Positions 1-15,547 of a DNA stretch of 64,000 nucleotides are shown piece by piece. The stretch's first letter is position 1. The number at the start of each line of letters is the position of its first letter. The DNA comes from the human T2T-CHM13v2.0 reference genome, Homo sapiens. The notes beneath the pieces are model-generated. The model ran no database searches. It worked only from the letters and a program-made list of their open reading frames with translations, and was not told the DNA's origin. The position numbers were made by a program, and so were the translations under genes. The stretch lies in the NCBI RefSeq assembly GCF_009914755.1, contig NC_060939.1; one strand, written 5' to 3'.

Positions 1-341
1 TTTAGAAAATTTCAAGCCTTGGGCTTGAATTAATGTCTTCCCTAAACAGTAAAATCCCCAAGACATGTCACCTAATTAAATTAAAATTCCCTTTTGGGTA
101 AGATACCACCATCTTGGGCCTTAGGTTATTCCTAAAAGTCTTTTTTCAAATACACAAAGTCAACAATATCTATCACACAAGGAAAAAAGACCTCATGAAA
201 GAACCAGTGTAACAACCAAAACTAAGAACTTACGGATGGCTTTAACAGCAAATTAGACATGGCTGAATATAGGATTTGCAAATTGATTAGAAAAAAACAT
301 CTAGAATGTTGCACAAAAGGATAAAAAGATAGAAAACATGG

Positions 342-971
<630 letters not shown>

Positions 972-1376
972 TCACAGAAATAAAGTCAGAAAGTCTGAAA
1001 CATATTTATTTGTTTTATAAGGTCAATCAGGGCAGAGGCAATATTTGAAGAAACAGCTGAAATTTTTCAATAAATGATGAAAGATATTAATTTACAGATT
1101 TGAAAACTCCCAAGCAGATTTTTTAAATGTATACATAGACCAAACACAGCAGAACTTCAGAAACACAAAGGAAAAAAATCTCAAAGGCAACTAAGAGAAA
1201 AAAATATATAACTTTCAAAGAACCAACAGTAAATTAGCAGTTTACGTCTCAACAGAAACAGTAGAGACCAGAAGACTATAATCCTCAAGGTGCTGAAAGA
1301 AAACACTGCCATGCTCTACCTACCTGTCTACCTGCTAAAAGACAGCAAAACGGCCTTTCAAGAATGAAACAAAATA

Positions 1377-2222
<846 letters not shown>

Positions 2223-2841
2223 AGAATGAAAAAAAAGGCTTTTTTAGACAAACAAAAGACAACATTACAACACTAACAGATTCATACCAAGGAAATTCTA
2301 ATGGAGATTCTCCAGGAAGAAGGAAAATGATCTCAAATGGAATGTAAGAGAGGAAGGAAGAAACGAAGAGCAAAGTAACATATGGGTAAATCTAAGTAAG
2401 CATTGACTCTGTAAAATAATAATGTCTTCCAGGGTTATAAAAATAGGCTTACCATAGAAGGATATATTATAAGCAGGAAGGGAGTTAAAAAGCAATACAA
2501 AAGGTTCTTGAATTGTCTACAAAGAATGTAAACCCTCATAAGGCTTCAATAAGTGAAATAAGAACGCATCCTGTAATTTCTAGAGTAACTAGCAAAAGAA
2601 TAGAAACAGAATATGGAGTTTTAGGACTAGAGGGAAAAAACTGAATGAAAAAATTCATTTCAAAAGACACAAGAAAGGAGAAAAAGGAGCAAAGAACAAA
2701 AGGAACAAATAAAAAGCACATAGTAAGATTGTGAATTTAAACACAAACATGCCAGTAATTACATTAAGTATAAATGAAGTGAAAGTTCTAGTGAACACAG
2801 AAATTGTCAGGCTGTATTTTTAAAAATCCAACTATGTTTTA

Positions 2842-3510
2842 CAGTCATGTGCCACGTAACATTCTACGACGGACCCGGTCTACAATGGACCACACATAAA
2901 CTATGATGGTGGTCCCATAAGATTATAATGCCATATTTTCACTGTACCTTTTCTACATTTAGATATGTTTAGATACACAAATACCAATGCAGTACAACTG
3001 GGTACATTATTCAGTACAGTAACAGGCTATATAGCTTTGTAGCCTGGGAGCAACAGGCTATACCATATAGCCTAGATATGTTCTAGGCTATACTATCTAC
3101 GTTTGTGGCCGGGTGTGGTGGCTCACGCCTGTAATCCCTGCACTTTGGGAGGCCAAGGAGGATGGATCACCTGAGGTCAGGAGTTCGAGACCAGCCTGGC
3201 CAACATGGTGAAACCCCACCTCTACTAAAAATACAAAAATTAGCCAGGCATGGTGGTACATGCCTGTAATTCCAGCTATTTGGGAGGTTGAGGCAGGAAA
3301 ATCACTTAAACCCGGGAGAACGGAGGTTGCAGTGAGCAGAGATTGCGCCATTGCACTCCAGCCTGGGCAACAAGAGTGAAAGTCAGTCTTAAAAAAAAAA
3401 ACAAAAAAACTATCTAGGTTTGTGTAAGTACACTTTATGATGTTTGCACGACGATGAAATTGCCTAGCAATATATTGAATGCATCTTCATTATTAATCAA
3501 TGCATCACTG
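2842..3510. mobile_element. Tigger3/Golem-type DNA transposon interrupted by an Alu
   Basis: Ends cagtcatg... and ...catcactg flanked by TA; internal tttagatatgtttagatacacaaatac. Confidence 0.8.
3107..3409 (+). mobile_element. Alu (AluS)
   Basis: Alu dimer; TSD actatcta(c/g)gtttgt. Confidence 0.95.
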
Positions 3511-3948
3511 TATTTGGAAGAACAATCTGAAACGTAACTATGCAGAAAAGTTGAAGTAAAAAGATAAGACTGTACAAATGCCAACCAAAGAAAGCTAATA
3601 AAACTATATTAATGCCAGAGAAAGTACACTGCAGAAGCACTGTTAGAAATCAAAAAGGGTTACTTCCTAATGATCAACAGATCAATTCACCAAGAAGATA
3701 TAATAATTTTAAACTTGTAAGCACAAATAAATAAAACAAAATTAACAAAACCACAAGATAGGAATAAATGCATATTTATAGTAGATTTTAACACATCTCT
3801 CAGCAAAATGAATAAGCAGACAGAAAAGCGGTAAAGTTTTAGGAGATTTAAAGAACATGATTAACAACCTTGACCTAAAATATATAAAATTCTGTCCAAC
3901 AATTGAAGAGGACACATTTTCTTTAAGCACATATGAAACACTTATAAA

Positions 3949-4384
<436 letters not shown>

Positions 4385-5172
4385 TTACTTCCAAATTACT
4401 TATGAGTGCATGGTTTTAAAAACAGCTTTGTAGAATGCAGAGAATGCAGATCTTGGAAGAAAACGTACATTCTAAATTCATCTATTAGGGAGAAAGACAA
4501 AAATGAGCTAAGCATTTAGCTCAATAAGGTAGGGGAAAAACAGCACAATTAATATAATATAGAAGAAAGGAAATAATAAATTAAGAAAAACATTAATAAA
4601 ATAGAAAATAAGTATATAACAGAGAGAAGTGGTAAAGCTAAAGTGGGTTCTTTAAAAAAGATTAATAAAGTTGATAAACCTTTGCTGAAGAAAAAGGGAG
4701 AGGCACAAATAACCAATGGCAGTAATGACAAAAGAAGCAACAGAGATGCTGCAGACCTAAGAAGATATTAAGAGGCCGCTGTGAACAACTTTATACTCAT
4801 AAATTTGAAAATCTACACAAAATAGAATAAATTATTAGCAAAATAACTACCCAAAAATCATTCAAGAAAGAAAATTACAGGTAAACATTCTCAAATCAGT
4901 AATAATATGAGCTTCCTCCATGAGGCCTCAGTCCAATTTACCAAAATGTTAAGTGGGGTTATCTCTGGATTGTGCCATTATAAATGATTTTCTCTTTCTT
5001 CAGCATTTTTCAAATTATCTACAAGGGCATATGTTACTTTTTACATCTTGCGGGGTGGGAGGGAGAAATGGGAGCTTTGTGTTCCAGTCTTAATTCTATC
5101 ACAGTACTAACTAGGTGGCCTTCATTAAATCATTTAATTTCTCAAAAGTATTAGTATCCTCATCTATGAAAT

Positions 5173-5600
5173 TGAGAGGTGAAGCTAGCTGGACTTCCTG
5201 GGTCGAATGGGGACTTGGAGAACTTTTCTGTCTTACAAGAGGATTGTAAAATGCACCAATCAGCGCTCTGTAAAACACACCAATCAGCAGGATCCTAAAA
5301 GTAGCCAATTGCAGGGAGGACTGAAAAAGGGGCATTCTGATAGCACAGAAACAGAACACAGGAGGGGACAAGTAAGGGAATAAAAGCTGGCTACCACAGC
5401 CAGTAGCGGCAACCCGCTCGGGTCCCCTTCCATGCTGTGGAAGCTTTGTCCTTTTGCTTTGCACAGTAAACCTTGCTACCACTCTTTCTTTGGGTCCATG
5501 CCATCTTTAAGAGCTGTAACATTGACCGCGAAGGTCTGCGGCTCCATTCTTGAAGTCAGGAAGACCACGAACCCACTGGCAGGAACCAATTCCAGACACA
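5173..5600 (+). mobile_element. ERV1 solo LTR, LTR12/ERV9-related, inserted in a MIR
   Basis: TG...CA ends, 4-bp TSD AAAT, repeated caccaatcagc motifs. Exact subfamily uncertain. Confidence 0.85.
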
Positions 5601-5843
5601 AAATGAAGATACTAGACTAGATTTAATTTGTAAAGCAGACTTAATTTCACGTACCAATTTAATATACAAGATAAATATTAATCCTACTACTTTTAAAAAT
5701 TGCCTTGTTTTCTATATACCAATCACATAGAGATAGCACTATTTAATACTGCCAGGAAGAATGGCTATAGTTCAATTATTCCATAATCAAATCGTCACAT
5801 TAGTACATGATCCCCAATTTAACTAATTTATAGCTAATAACAA

Positions 5844-6902
5844 TATCAGGGGACATTCACCCCCAATATTTCATGTAGGTTATTTTCTATTTTCCCTAAG
5901 TGTCGGCCAGTCTGGGAAATAAAGGGAAAGAGTACAAAAGAGAAATTTTAAAGCTGGGTGTCCGGGGGAGACATCACATGTCAGCAGGTTCCGTGATGCC
6001 CCCCAAGCCGCAAAACCAGCAAGTTTTTATTAGTGATTTTCAAAAGGGGAGGGAGTGTACGAATAGGGTGTGGGTTACAGAGATCATATGCTTCACAAGG
6101 TAATAAAATATCACAAGACAAATGGAGGCAGGGCAAGATCTCAGGACCGGGTTGAAATTAAAATTGCTAATGAAGTTTCGGGCATGCATTGTCATTGAAA
6201 ACATCTTATCAGGAGACAGGGTTTGAGAGCAGACAACCAGTCTGACCAATATTTATTAGGTGGGAATTTCCTCATCCTAATAAGCCTGGGAGCACTAAGG
6301 GAGACCAGGGCTTATTTCATCCCCCATCTATGACCGTAAAAGACAGCCAGCCCCAAAGCAGCCATTTTAGAGGCCTCCCCTTAGGGACGCCTTCTCTTTC
6401 TCAGGGATGTTCCTTGCTGAGAAAAAGAATTCAGCGATATTTCTCCTATTTGCTTTTGAAAGTAGAGAAATATGGCTCTGTTCCACCCAGCCCACAGGCA
6501 GCCAGACTTTAAGGTTATCTCCCTTGTTCCCTGAACATTGCTGTTATCCTGTTCTTTTTTCAAGGTGCCCAGATTTCATATTGTTTAAACAATTTGTGCA
6601 GTTAATGCAATCATCACAGGGTCCTGAGGAGACATTCATCCTCAGCTTACGAAGATGACGGGATTAAGAGATTAAAGTAAAGACAGGCATAGGAAATCAT
6701 AAGAGTATTGACTGGGGAAGTGATAAATGTCCATGAAATCTTCACAATTTATGTTCAGAGATTGCAGTAAAGACAGGTGTAAGAAATTATGAAAGTATTA
6801 ATTTGGGGAACTAATAAATGTCCATGAAATCTTCACAATTTATGTTCTTCTGCCATAGCTTCAGCCTGTCCCTCCGTTTAGGGTCCTTGACTTCCTGCAA
6901 CA
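5844..6902 (-). mobile_element. MER11 (HERV-K11/HML-8) solo LTR
   Basis: Minus strand starts tgttgcaggaagtcaaggaccc; internal repeats cataaattgtgaagatttcatggaca; 6-bp TSD TAACAA. Confidence 0.92.
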
Positions 6903-7427
6903 TAACAACATACACCAAGTCCTCTTATACAACAGTACACTTCAATAGCTAGTTTATCCTGTATGCACAATGTCTAGGCGCCAAAATATTTTTTGAATAA
7001 AGGATAACCAGTAAGTTATACGAATTCTTCTGGGAACTGGAAACGTTCAGTTTTACTTTCTATATTTCAACACTGTTGGAATTATAACTTTTTTACAATG
7101 CAGATATTATATTAATTTTTTAAACCAAAAAAATCTGAATTCTTTGGGGTTTTTATTTGCTTTTTGCTTCTAATGGCCAAACTGTGCTTGTAATTATGTC
7201 TATATAAAATTTGTCCAGCATAAAATTATCACAGTCATGTTTGAATTTTCCATTTGTCCACATATTAGCATATTCTTAAAATTTCTTTAACAGAATCTTG
7301 CTTCTATCCAAGAGTACTCCTTTGGTTGAGCTGAGATTACCACCAAGTAGGGTGGCCACCTCAATCATGTCTTTGCTAGGCTCCTCAATTTTCAATTCCA
7401 GGACCAGCTCAGCTGATTGTTAACACG

Positions 7428-7805
7428 TGTTGTGGACTATATTGTGTAACCCCAAAATTCATAGCTTGAAACTCTAACTACCAACGTGACTGTGTTTGGA
7501 GGTAAGGCCTTTCAAGAGGTAATATAAGGTTAAATGAGGTCTTAAGGGTGGGGCCCTATAAGACTAGCGTCCCTAAGAAGAGAAAAAGACACCGCAAGTG
7601 TATGTACACAAAGGAAAAGCCATATGAGGAAATAACAAGAAGGGGGCAATGTACAAGACAAGGAGAAAGTCCTCCAGATAAACCAAATCTGCTGACACAT
7701 AGATCTTGGACTTCCAAACTCCAGAACTGTGAGGAAAAAAAATCTGTTGTTTAAGCTACCCAGTCTGTATTATTTTGTTATGGCAGCCCCAGCAAATTAA
7801 TACAA
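7428..7805 (+). mobile_element. MaLR LTR (MLT1A/B-like)
   Basis: ccccaaaattcata...ttaaatgaggtc...cttccaaactccagaactgtgag...tttgttatggcagccc. Confidence 0.85.
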
Positions 7806-8149
7806 CATATTAAACTCCTAAAGTACAGAATCTCTACACTCCAGGTATTTGTCAGGCTAATCTCTAATTCATTATATACTTAAGTCTTTCAAAAGCACCA
7901 CTGAGGAAAATTTGAGAACCACCTGTCAATTCCTCCTGATACATTAATATATATCCTTGGAGTAAACCAGGGCAGCACAGCTTTACACCTATATTATATC
8001 AAAGCTCTCTGCCTTCATCGTATAAAATTGATTTTTCTAAATATGACTTAATGCCACTGACCTATACCAAGAAGTATTATAAAAAAATAGCCTTATGAAA
8101 AGATCACTGTTTTTACTATGTGTGTATTACACTAAGTATCCTTTCCATT

Positions 8150-8850
8150 TACTAATTTATTGAGTACTTTTTTGTACCACCTTCTGTTTTAGGTGCTAAA
8201 GAAATAGCAATAGAGGGCATTGCAGGCACTCAGGTTTTTATTCTGAGTGGGAAAAAAAGCCACGTGAAAGTCTGGAATAAGGGGCTAACAAGATTTTATT
8301 TGTATTTTAACAGGAGCATTCTAGCTACTATGTTGAAAATAAACTGAAGGAGGATAGGCTAGAGTCAGAAAAGGCAGGAAGACCATTTAAGATTCAACTG
8401 CCATTATCCAGGGGAACAAAATGATGCTGTCTTGCACCAAGGTGGCAGCAGTAGAGATAAGAAGTAATCAGATTCTGGACGCATTTTGAAGGTATAACCA
8501 TTAGAATTTGCTAACATTAGATACGGGACATAAATGGAAGAGAAAAGGTAGATTACAAGGAAAGTAAAGAAAAGTGGAGTTGCTATTTATTGATTTAGGG
8601 AAGACTGGAAGAGGAAAATGTTATGAGGTCTTTGTGATAGCTATTAGACCTTCAAGGAGGAGATGTCAAAGAAACAGCTGAGTATACAAATCTGGAATCA
8701 GGCTGAGAAGAAGCAATTAAGCATGGTAGGAGAAAACTAAGAAGGCTAAATGAAGACAGTGTTTCAATAGAGCAGAAAAAGCATTTTTATGAGAGAAGGG
8801 AGAAACTGCTAGAATCATGCACTTGAGTAGGAAAGAGAGATGCAAACCGT
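8150..8850 (-). mobile_element. L2 fragment
   Basis: tttattgagtact...; tcagattctggacgcattttgaaggta typical of L2. Confidence 0.7.
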
Positions 8851-8861
8851 AAGGTACAAAT

Positions 8862-9080
8862 CAGGGTTTGTCACAACTTCAGTACTACTGACATTTTGGG
8901 CTTGGTAACTCTTCATTGTGGAGGACTATCCCGTGCACTGTAGGACGTTTTATCTAAATCTCTGGCCTCTCCTCACTAGTTGGCAGTACCAATTCCCCAC
9001 CTCCAGTCACAGCAATCAAAAATGTCTCCAGACACTGCCAAATGTCTCCTGGTGGACAAAATCACACCCAATTTAGAACC
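8862..9080. mobile_element. MER20 (hAT-Charlie)
   Basis: actactgacattttgggc...aaaatgtctccagacactgccaaatgtctcctg. Confidence 0.85.
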
Positions 9081-10116
9081 TAAATGGAGGAAGTGGCCTT
9101 TGCTGAAAACATTGGTTATTCATCCACATAAAAGGAATGATGGGAGTTATTATGGGAAAGGTACATGATGATAATATGATTACCTCCTGCTGATTAGATC
9201 CTCTTAAGTGTGGATGCAGTCAAGGCCAGAGATGATATGAAGAAGTTGCTAGCACAAAACCAAAATCATTACTCCTAAGAAAATGTATGGAATTTTGTTT
9301 TTGAACTACAGCTAATGGATGAGCTACATATATCTGTGAAATGAGTCTAAGCCAGAATGTTTATGAGTTTTTTGTGTCCATCTATGCTTACTTGCAAAAC
9401 ACACTTACGACTTTTTGAGTTTCTCCTTAGATCACAAGAAGAAAACACTACTGATTTAGTACGAACCAATGGGTTTCTCCTAAAATCACAGGAAGAAAAC
9501 AACAATTATTTAGTGTGAATTAAATTAAATGTTATTACTCCCAAGGCTCAGTTTTTAGAAGACAGTGGACCTAAAGGAACATCTCTCCAATGATAATCCA
9601 TCTAAGAGGGTATTATTTATTCCCCTAAAATCACTCCCACCAAATTACCATGTATATTATTTAGAGGGGCCTAACTCTGTTTTCTGTATCTGAAAGAGAT
9701 AAATGATAACCATTACATTTTTTAGGTGTTCAGGACTAGGGGTAGATAGCATTAAAGGAAGTCTCAGGAATCATGAAATGAGAGGATTTGAGAGTAAAAC
9801 TTGCAGGCAAACGAAAAAAAAAGAAATTTAAGAAAACAAAAACCCACACACACAAAAATAAGAAGTGCAGGCAACTGGTTTCATATTTACATCAAATTCC
9901 AGGATTACATGAGCTATCTTTAAGAGAGAGTGAATATAGTCATGTCACCTTTGTTAAGATGTACTTGTCCCTCAATACCAAGTTACATCATGGATCAGGG
10001 TTTCAGAGCACTAACATAATGCAAAAGGATTCTACAAACTCGAAAGGACTGAAAACCCTAAAACTTCTACTGAAATATTTGGCTTCCAAATTTGTTTTAA
10101 AAAATTACTGACAAAT

Positions 10117-10420
10117 GGCCGGGTGCAGTGGCTCATGCCTATAATCCCAATACCTTGGGAGGCTGAGGCAGGAGGATCACTTGAGGTCAAGAGTTCAAGC
10201 CAGCCAGGCCAACATCGTGAAATCCTGTCTCTACTAAAAATACAAAAATTAGCCTGGCATGGTGGCACGCACCTGTAATTCCAGCTACTCAGGAGGCTGA
10301 GGCAGGAGAATCGCTTGAACCTAGGAGACGGAGGTTGTGGTGAGCAGAGGTTGCACCACTGCACTCCAGCCTGGGTGACAGAGTGAGACTCCATCTAAAA
10401 AAAAAAAAAAAAAAAAAAAA
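10117..10420 (+). mobile_element. Alu (AluS)
   Basis: Alu dimer; TSD around actgacaa. Confidence 0.95.
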
Positions 10421-10429
10421 CTGACAAGC

Positions 10430-10680
10430 TAGAGAAGTCTGACTAAATCTGAATTTTAGATATTCTATATTATATCCCATTTTAAGTACTGCCTTGGTTT
10501 CACAGAAGGAAATTAAATTGGTCAGGCATGACTTGTTTTTCTACTGTGCCATTATGGTTGTCACCCAACATCCTGTGCTCTTTCAGATAATTAAATACTG
10601 AGACTCTGATTTGTTCTAAAAATTTACCAAGATCCAAGTTAAGATAATCTGATTATAATTTCTAAAGTAATATTTTAAAT
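10430..10680 (-). mobile_element. CR1/L3 LINE RT fragment
   Basis: Minus strand encodes [12 protein letters not shown], a CR1 reverse-transcriptase motif. Confidence 0.75.
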
Positions 10681-10962
10681 AGCCCAAATCCTAAGAACAG
10701 AAACTAAAATAAAGGCATTGCACGGGAAAAGGAAAGCTGCGAAAGGAGAACCTAAACACCATCACACTGGTCCCATCTCCCACCCAATACTGTACTATGA
10801 CAGTCGCAGGCAACTATTATCTGCCAGGTGCCAAGGACCAAAACCTAATCAAGAGGCTTCTCCTCAGCTGTAAGCCCAAAGACTCATTCCTAGACCCACT
10901 ACTTCATAAATGCTCTGAATGGCCTATCTACTGAGCCAGAAAGGAGGTCAGACTCCCCGACT

Positions 10963-11027
10963 GTGAGGTCTGATCAAATCTTGTAAATACAAGTGAGATC
11001 TGATCAAGTCTTGTAAATACAAGTGAG
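10963..11027. repeat. 30-bp tandem duplication
   Basis: gtgag(g/a)tctgatcaa(a/g)tcttgtaaatacaa x2 plus gtgag. Confidence 0.9.
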
Positions 11028-14000
11028 AAGCAATATACGATAAAGACTCCAGACCTACAACTTCAACACAACCACTTTATGTTTCTAGTCCATTTTCTCT
11101 TTTGACCCCTGAAAATCTCTAGAGAAGTCCATATAATTTTCATTCGTGGTCTAAATACTTAAAGAATATCTTTAAGAACTTCTTTTACAGATCAAAGACC
11201 TAAACATGTTTAAGTGATTTCATCAACACCATACAAGTAGTTGGTCTCTGACCTCCCATTTTTGGGGAAGACATTATTCAGAACCTTACCAGAGTTTCTG
11301 AGTAGTTGCTAGGAGTCTTCTTGCTACAAGCAAGAAGGCTAATTAACAATCTACGCAGGGACATAAGAACTTATAAACCCTATATTCACTTACTGGTTGA
11401 CACTAAGCCCAAGCCCACAAGGTTTTAAATGTATCCATTTAAACAAACAAGAAGCTACACTCCAAGAACAAAAAGGCCAATTTCTCTTAGAAAACAAGTC
11501 CATTCTAAATTCTTGACTTCTGTCTTTCACTTTCCTCTCAGCACAGGTTAACACATTAATAACCAGCCAGTACAGAAGCATGTTTCTAACCAACCCCTTG
11601 ATTCCCCTGGCCAAAAGTTCTCTTAGTCTTCCTGAATTCCCACTTAAATGCTGGTAATATTGCACAGCTGGCCTACTGTGGTTAGGTATGTGTCTTTTAC
11701 TCTCGTATTAGACTACCAGGTTCCTACACTTCTTCAATAAACTCCCTGAAATCAAGACTATGTCTTGTAATTCTTTTTTTTTTTTTAATACCCACAAAGC
11801 TTAGCACACCTATGTGTTCAACATTTGCTAAATGTATAAACTGGTTGATCATTTTCAAGGTTTGGTGTTACCATAACTCTAGGACTGAAATTTTATTCTA
11901 CAATAGAGTTAAGACATATCTAAATGCCATAAAAGAGGTTATACAACATTATTTTCTAATTTTTAAATGAATGGTTTTCCATTTATTTCCAACCTTTTGT
12001 TGGTATTTTAATTTAAAAAAAAAATTGAATGTCAGAATACCAGGTACGTTTTCCTGAAAAGCTACAGGTAATGTTTGCATATTATATTTTTTCAACATTC
12101 TAAGAGTGTCTGTTATTTAATGAAGAAGTCCTGTGGTTAAAAAGTAACTTTTGCAAAGAAAACAGTCACTCAATAATTTATCCTTCGTATTATGCCATTC
12201 CTTTGCTTCTGTTGTTCTTATCTTTCCAAACCTTAATCTTCCATAAAACCTCTTCTTGTTTTCCCAACTACAATCTCTTCCATCTGCCTTATGTTATAAT
12301 TATATAAATCATTTTAATCTCTGCCAGTATATTATAAATTCCCTAAGAGTGCAAATGACTTACTAATTTTTGTAAACTTTGATCAATGTGTTGAAATCAT
12401 GTCACACTGGAATAATAGTAACTGCCCCTATACATCTCAAAATAGTCTGCAAGCCTTAAGGCCAAATGAATTTTTAATTTAAAAAATCATCATGTATGAT
12501 CATTATTTCAATTAATATTTTAATATGTGCAGTAAAGTTTAAAAAATAGCCAAGGACTATCTTTCAGAAAAGTAATAACATAAATAATGAGAAATTTACA
12601 ATATCTGTTGCATAAACCCTCAAAACATTCACTGAAGGGTAGTAAGAAATGTCTTAAAGGCAAAATAAAGTATAATAAAGCTCATACACGGGAGAAGATC
12701 ATCTCTTTGAACTACCAGAGATTTGACTTATTGCAGGATAACATTTCCAAAACCTAGATCTTACACTGAAAAGAACAAAATTGTTCAAAAGGTGATGTTT
12801 TAAAATGTGATATCTACAGCTACATTTACGAAATCACAATCGAATGTTTAAGAAAACAGCTGTATACTGCCTAAACACAAGTGAAAAGCATCATAGCTTA
12901 CGTGATACCACTAAAACCACAGACATCAGCTGAGATTGTCCACTACAGACTGCAGTACCATGTCAATATTGCACAAATTGGGACATCACGACATCAAGTA
13001 GTCATTCACAGCCAACCAATCACGCCACCCACCATGCACAGCAAAATATATAACACACATTTCTTTCAATTATTACACTGTCATAAACTCAAAATCCTTT
13101 TAGAACAATTCTGTTCTTCAAAGATGTATCAATTTTAGACTCTGAAATAAAGTATGTATTGTATTTTGAAAAGGTTCTCAGGCTACCATGAAACACAACA
13201 TCAGCTAAGAATCATGAGTTAGTTGCAAGACAGTAGTTCCTTCTACACTATGTCTGGGAGGCCTTCCATCCATCCACTAACCCACCTACGCACCCACACA
13301 CCCTCTCCAGAGCAGGCACTCTGATATTAAGAAGGAAATACTACCAAGAAAAGCCCACACAATGAGAAGTCACAAGACCTTCATTCCAAGTCCTGGCTGG
13401 TCCCCCTTTTAATCATCTGATCCAGAACTAAAGTTTCTTCATCTGATTGCTCTAAAATCAAGTGACAGGCTCCATGAAGAGGAGCTTGCTTTTTATTTTT
13501 ACTATTATATTACTTTATTTTATTTTACTATTATTACTATTTATTATTCCTATATTTACAAACATAGGAACTTAAGTATTTGTTAGTTGATTATATATAG
13601 ACTGCTTGAAAGCAGCTTGTTTTTTGTTTTGTTTTGTTTTGTTTTTCAATCTGTTTTTCACAAAGCCCAAGAGATCATTTCTAGTTCATGGCAAAATTAA
13701 AACTGGATCAGTGCGCTCAAAACTAAGGTAGTTAAATGAGATGGTGTGCAAAATGGGTTTGTATTTACATTTGTCAAAAGACCAAAATAACAGTGTCACA
13801 GGCAGGCATCCTAAACCACGTAAATTTTGAGTCGAATTTGGAAACCCAAAAGGACTGTCTTGTTGCAACATAAAAATGCAGTTTAGAGTAAGAAGATCAG
13901 TATGTAACAGAGGGGCCAAAGTGAGGAGTACATATAATTAAAAATAAAGTCAAAGATGGAGAATACTTAACAAGTTTACATTTCCTAACACAGCTATTAA

Positions 14001-15465
14001 AAACAATTACATATTCTTAAGCCAAGAGTAATATAGTAAAATGACACTTGAAGAAAATTATCCTAGCAGCGGTGTGGAGGATGAAGAAGTTATCGGACAT
14101 GACAGTTTTGAAAGCTTTTATATTAATACCAATAAGATTGTAAAATAAGGTGGTGGTTAAGGATATGAAAAGGAGTAAATCTGGTAGACAGTGCAGAGTC
14201 AACTAGACTTCGTGAAACGCTGAATTAGGGAGGTGCAAGAAGATTTGAAAATGACTCTAAGCATCTGGTCACAAGTGGCCTACAGCATAACCACACCTGC
14301 GCAGCACTAACAGTTCTTACACAGGCTTTTCCAGGCTGCATCTGAACCCGTTTATTTAGTTCTACATACCAGACCTGCCGTGAGACAGCACTCCACTTTA
14401 GATGGAAGCAGAAAACTACCACCACCATTCTAGCAGGAAAATATAACCAAAGATTCCAGCTTTGTTTCTTGATGAAAGAGGCCCACTCTTCTAACCCTGA
14501 GGAACTTCCTATCTGCACTACTGGGGAACAGGGAAATTTCTTCTCTCTATCCCCAAAAGATTCTCCACACACTTGAAGACAAAGCTCAGCTCTATATGAA
14601 TATTTTAAGTCACATGTACATAAAACACAGATGACAAAAGGGGTCGTTCTAAACTGGAGCTAGGCCAAGTGGATTACACTAAAAAATTAAAATGGCTAAA
14701 AAGCAATCTTCTGGGGTTAATGTATCACAAAACGTCAAAAAATAAATTCTGTTCCAGAATGCACTGCTACATAATGATTCTGCAGTTTTGCTGAAGCTTT
14801 ATTTTCCGCAGTTTTAAAAACACTGTTGGAAAGCAGACATCAAAGGGTTTTCCTTGTCTAAAAAGCATACCATTACGGAATTTCCAGTTTTATCAAGAAG
14901 AACAGTTTACAAAATATATTTAATAAAGGTCTGGCTGCCTACAGTTCCTTATAAGGAAGACCATGTATAAATTTCATTCTTTAAAAAAGAACTCAATTTA
15001 TGGGAGTCTATCTATGAGTAAACGAAGCTCCAAGGCTTGGTTTGAACATTTCCACTCTCAAAAAGGACTGATGAGTCCAATCTCCTTGAGAAACATGTCT
15101 ACTTCATCTAGCTTTTAAGGAGATTCTAAAACGTTATGTATACATACACTTTTCTCAAACAAGCACTGTTGTAAATTTTTCACATTGCCTTACTATATTA
15201 AAAAAAAGGCTACCTTACAGATTAAAATATTATCTAGGAGGATTACCAAACTACGACCTCCTGATAAATGAGACAGCTCTCCAAGCCACTGTGACTCTAA
15301 CCTTTCCATTCTAAATCTTTCGGGCGCGGAGGATGAATTTTTCTATCTTTTTGTTGGAATTAAGATCCTGCATTATCAGGAGATACAGAGTCAGGCTTAA
15401 AGCCACAGACTCCAGCAGCTCCTCGCTGCCCTAGCACAGCGGGCAGGGGGAGCCAAGGCGCAGCA

Positions 15466-15547
15466 TCGCCTCCACGCTCCGAGACCAACACCAAGTCTCT
15501 TCACCTCCACGCTCCGAGACCAACACCAAGTCTCTTCGCCTCCACGC
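15466..15547. repeat. 35-bp tandem repeat x2.3
   Basis: tc(g/a)cctccacgctccgagaccaacaccaagtctct x2 plus tcgcctccacgc. Confidence 0.92.

Noticed and set aside
6720-6846. Direct repeat ataaatgtccatgaaatcttcacaatttatgttc
   Set aside because: Intrinsic to the MER11 consensus.
15466-15547. 35-bp repeat as a CRISPR-like array
   Set aside because: No spacers; simple tandem duplication in eukaryotic DNA.
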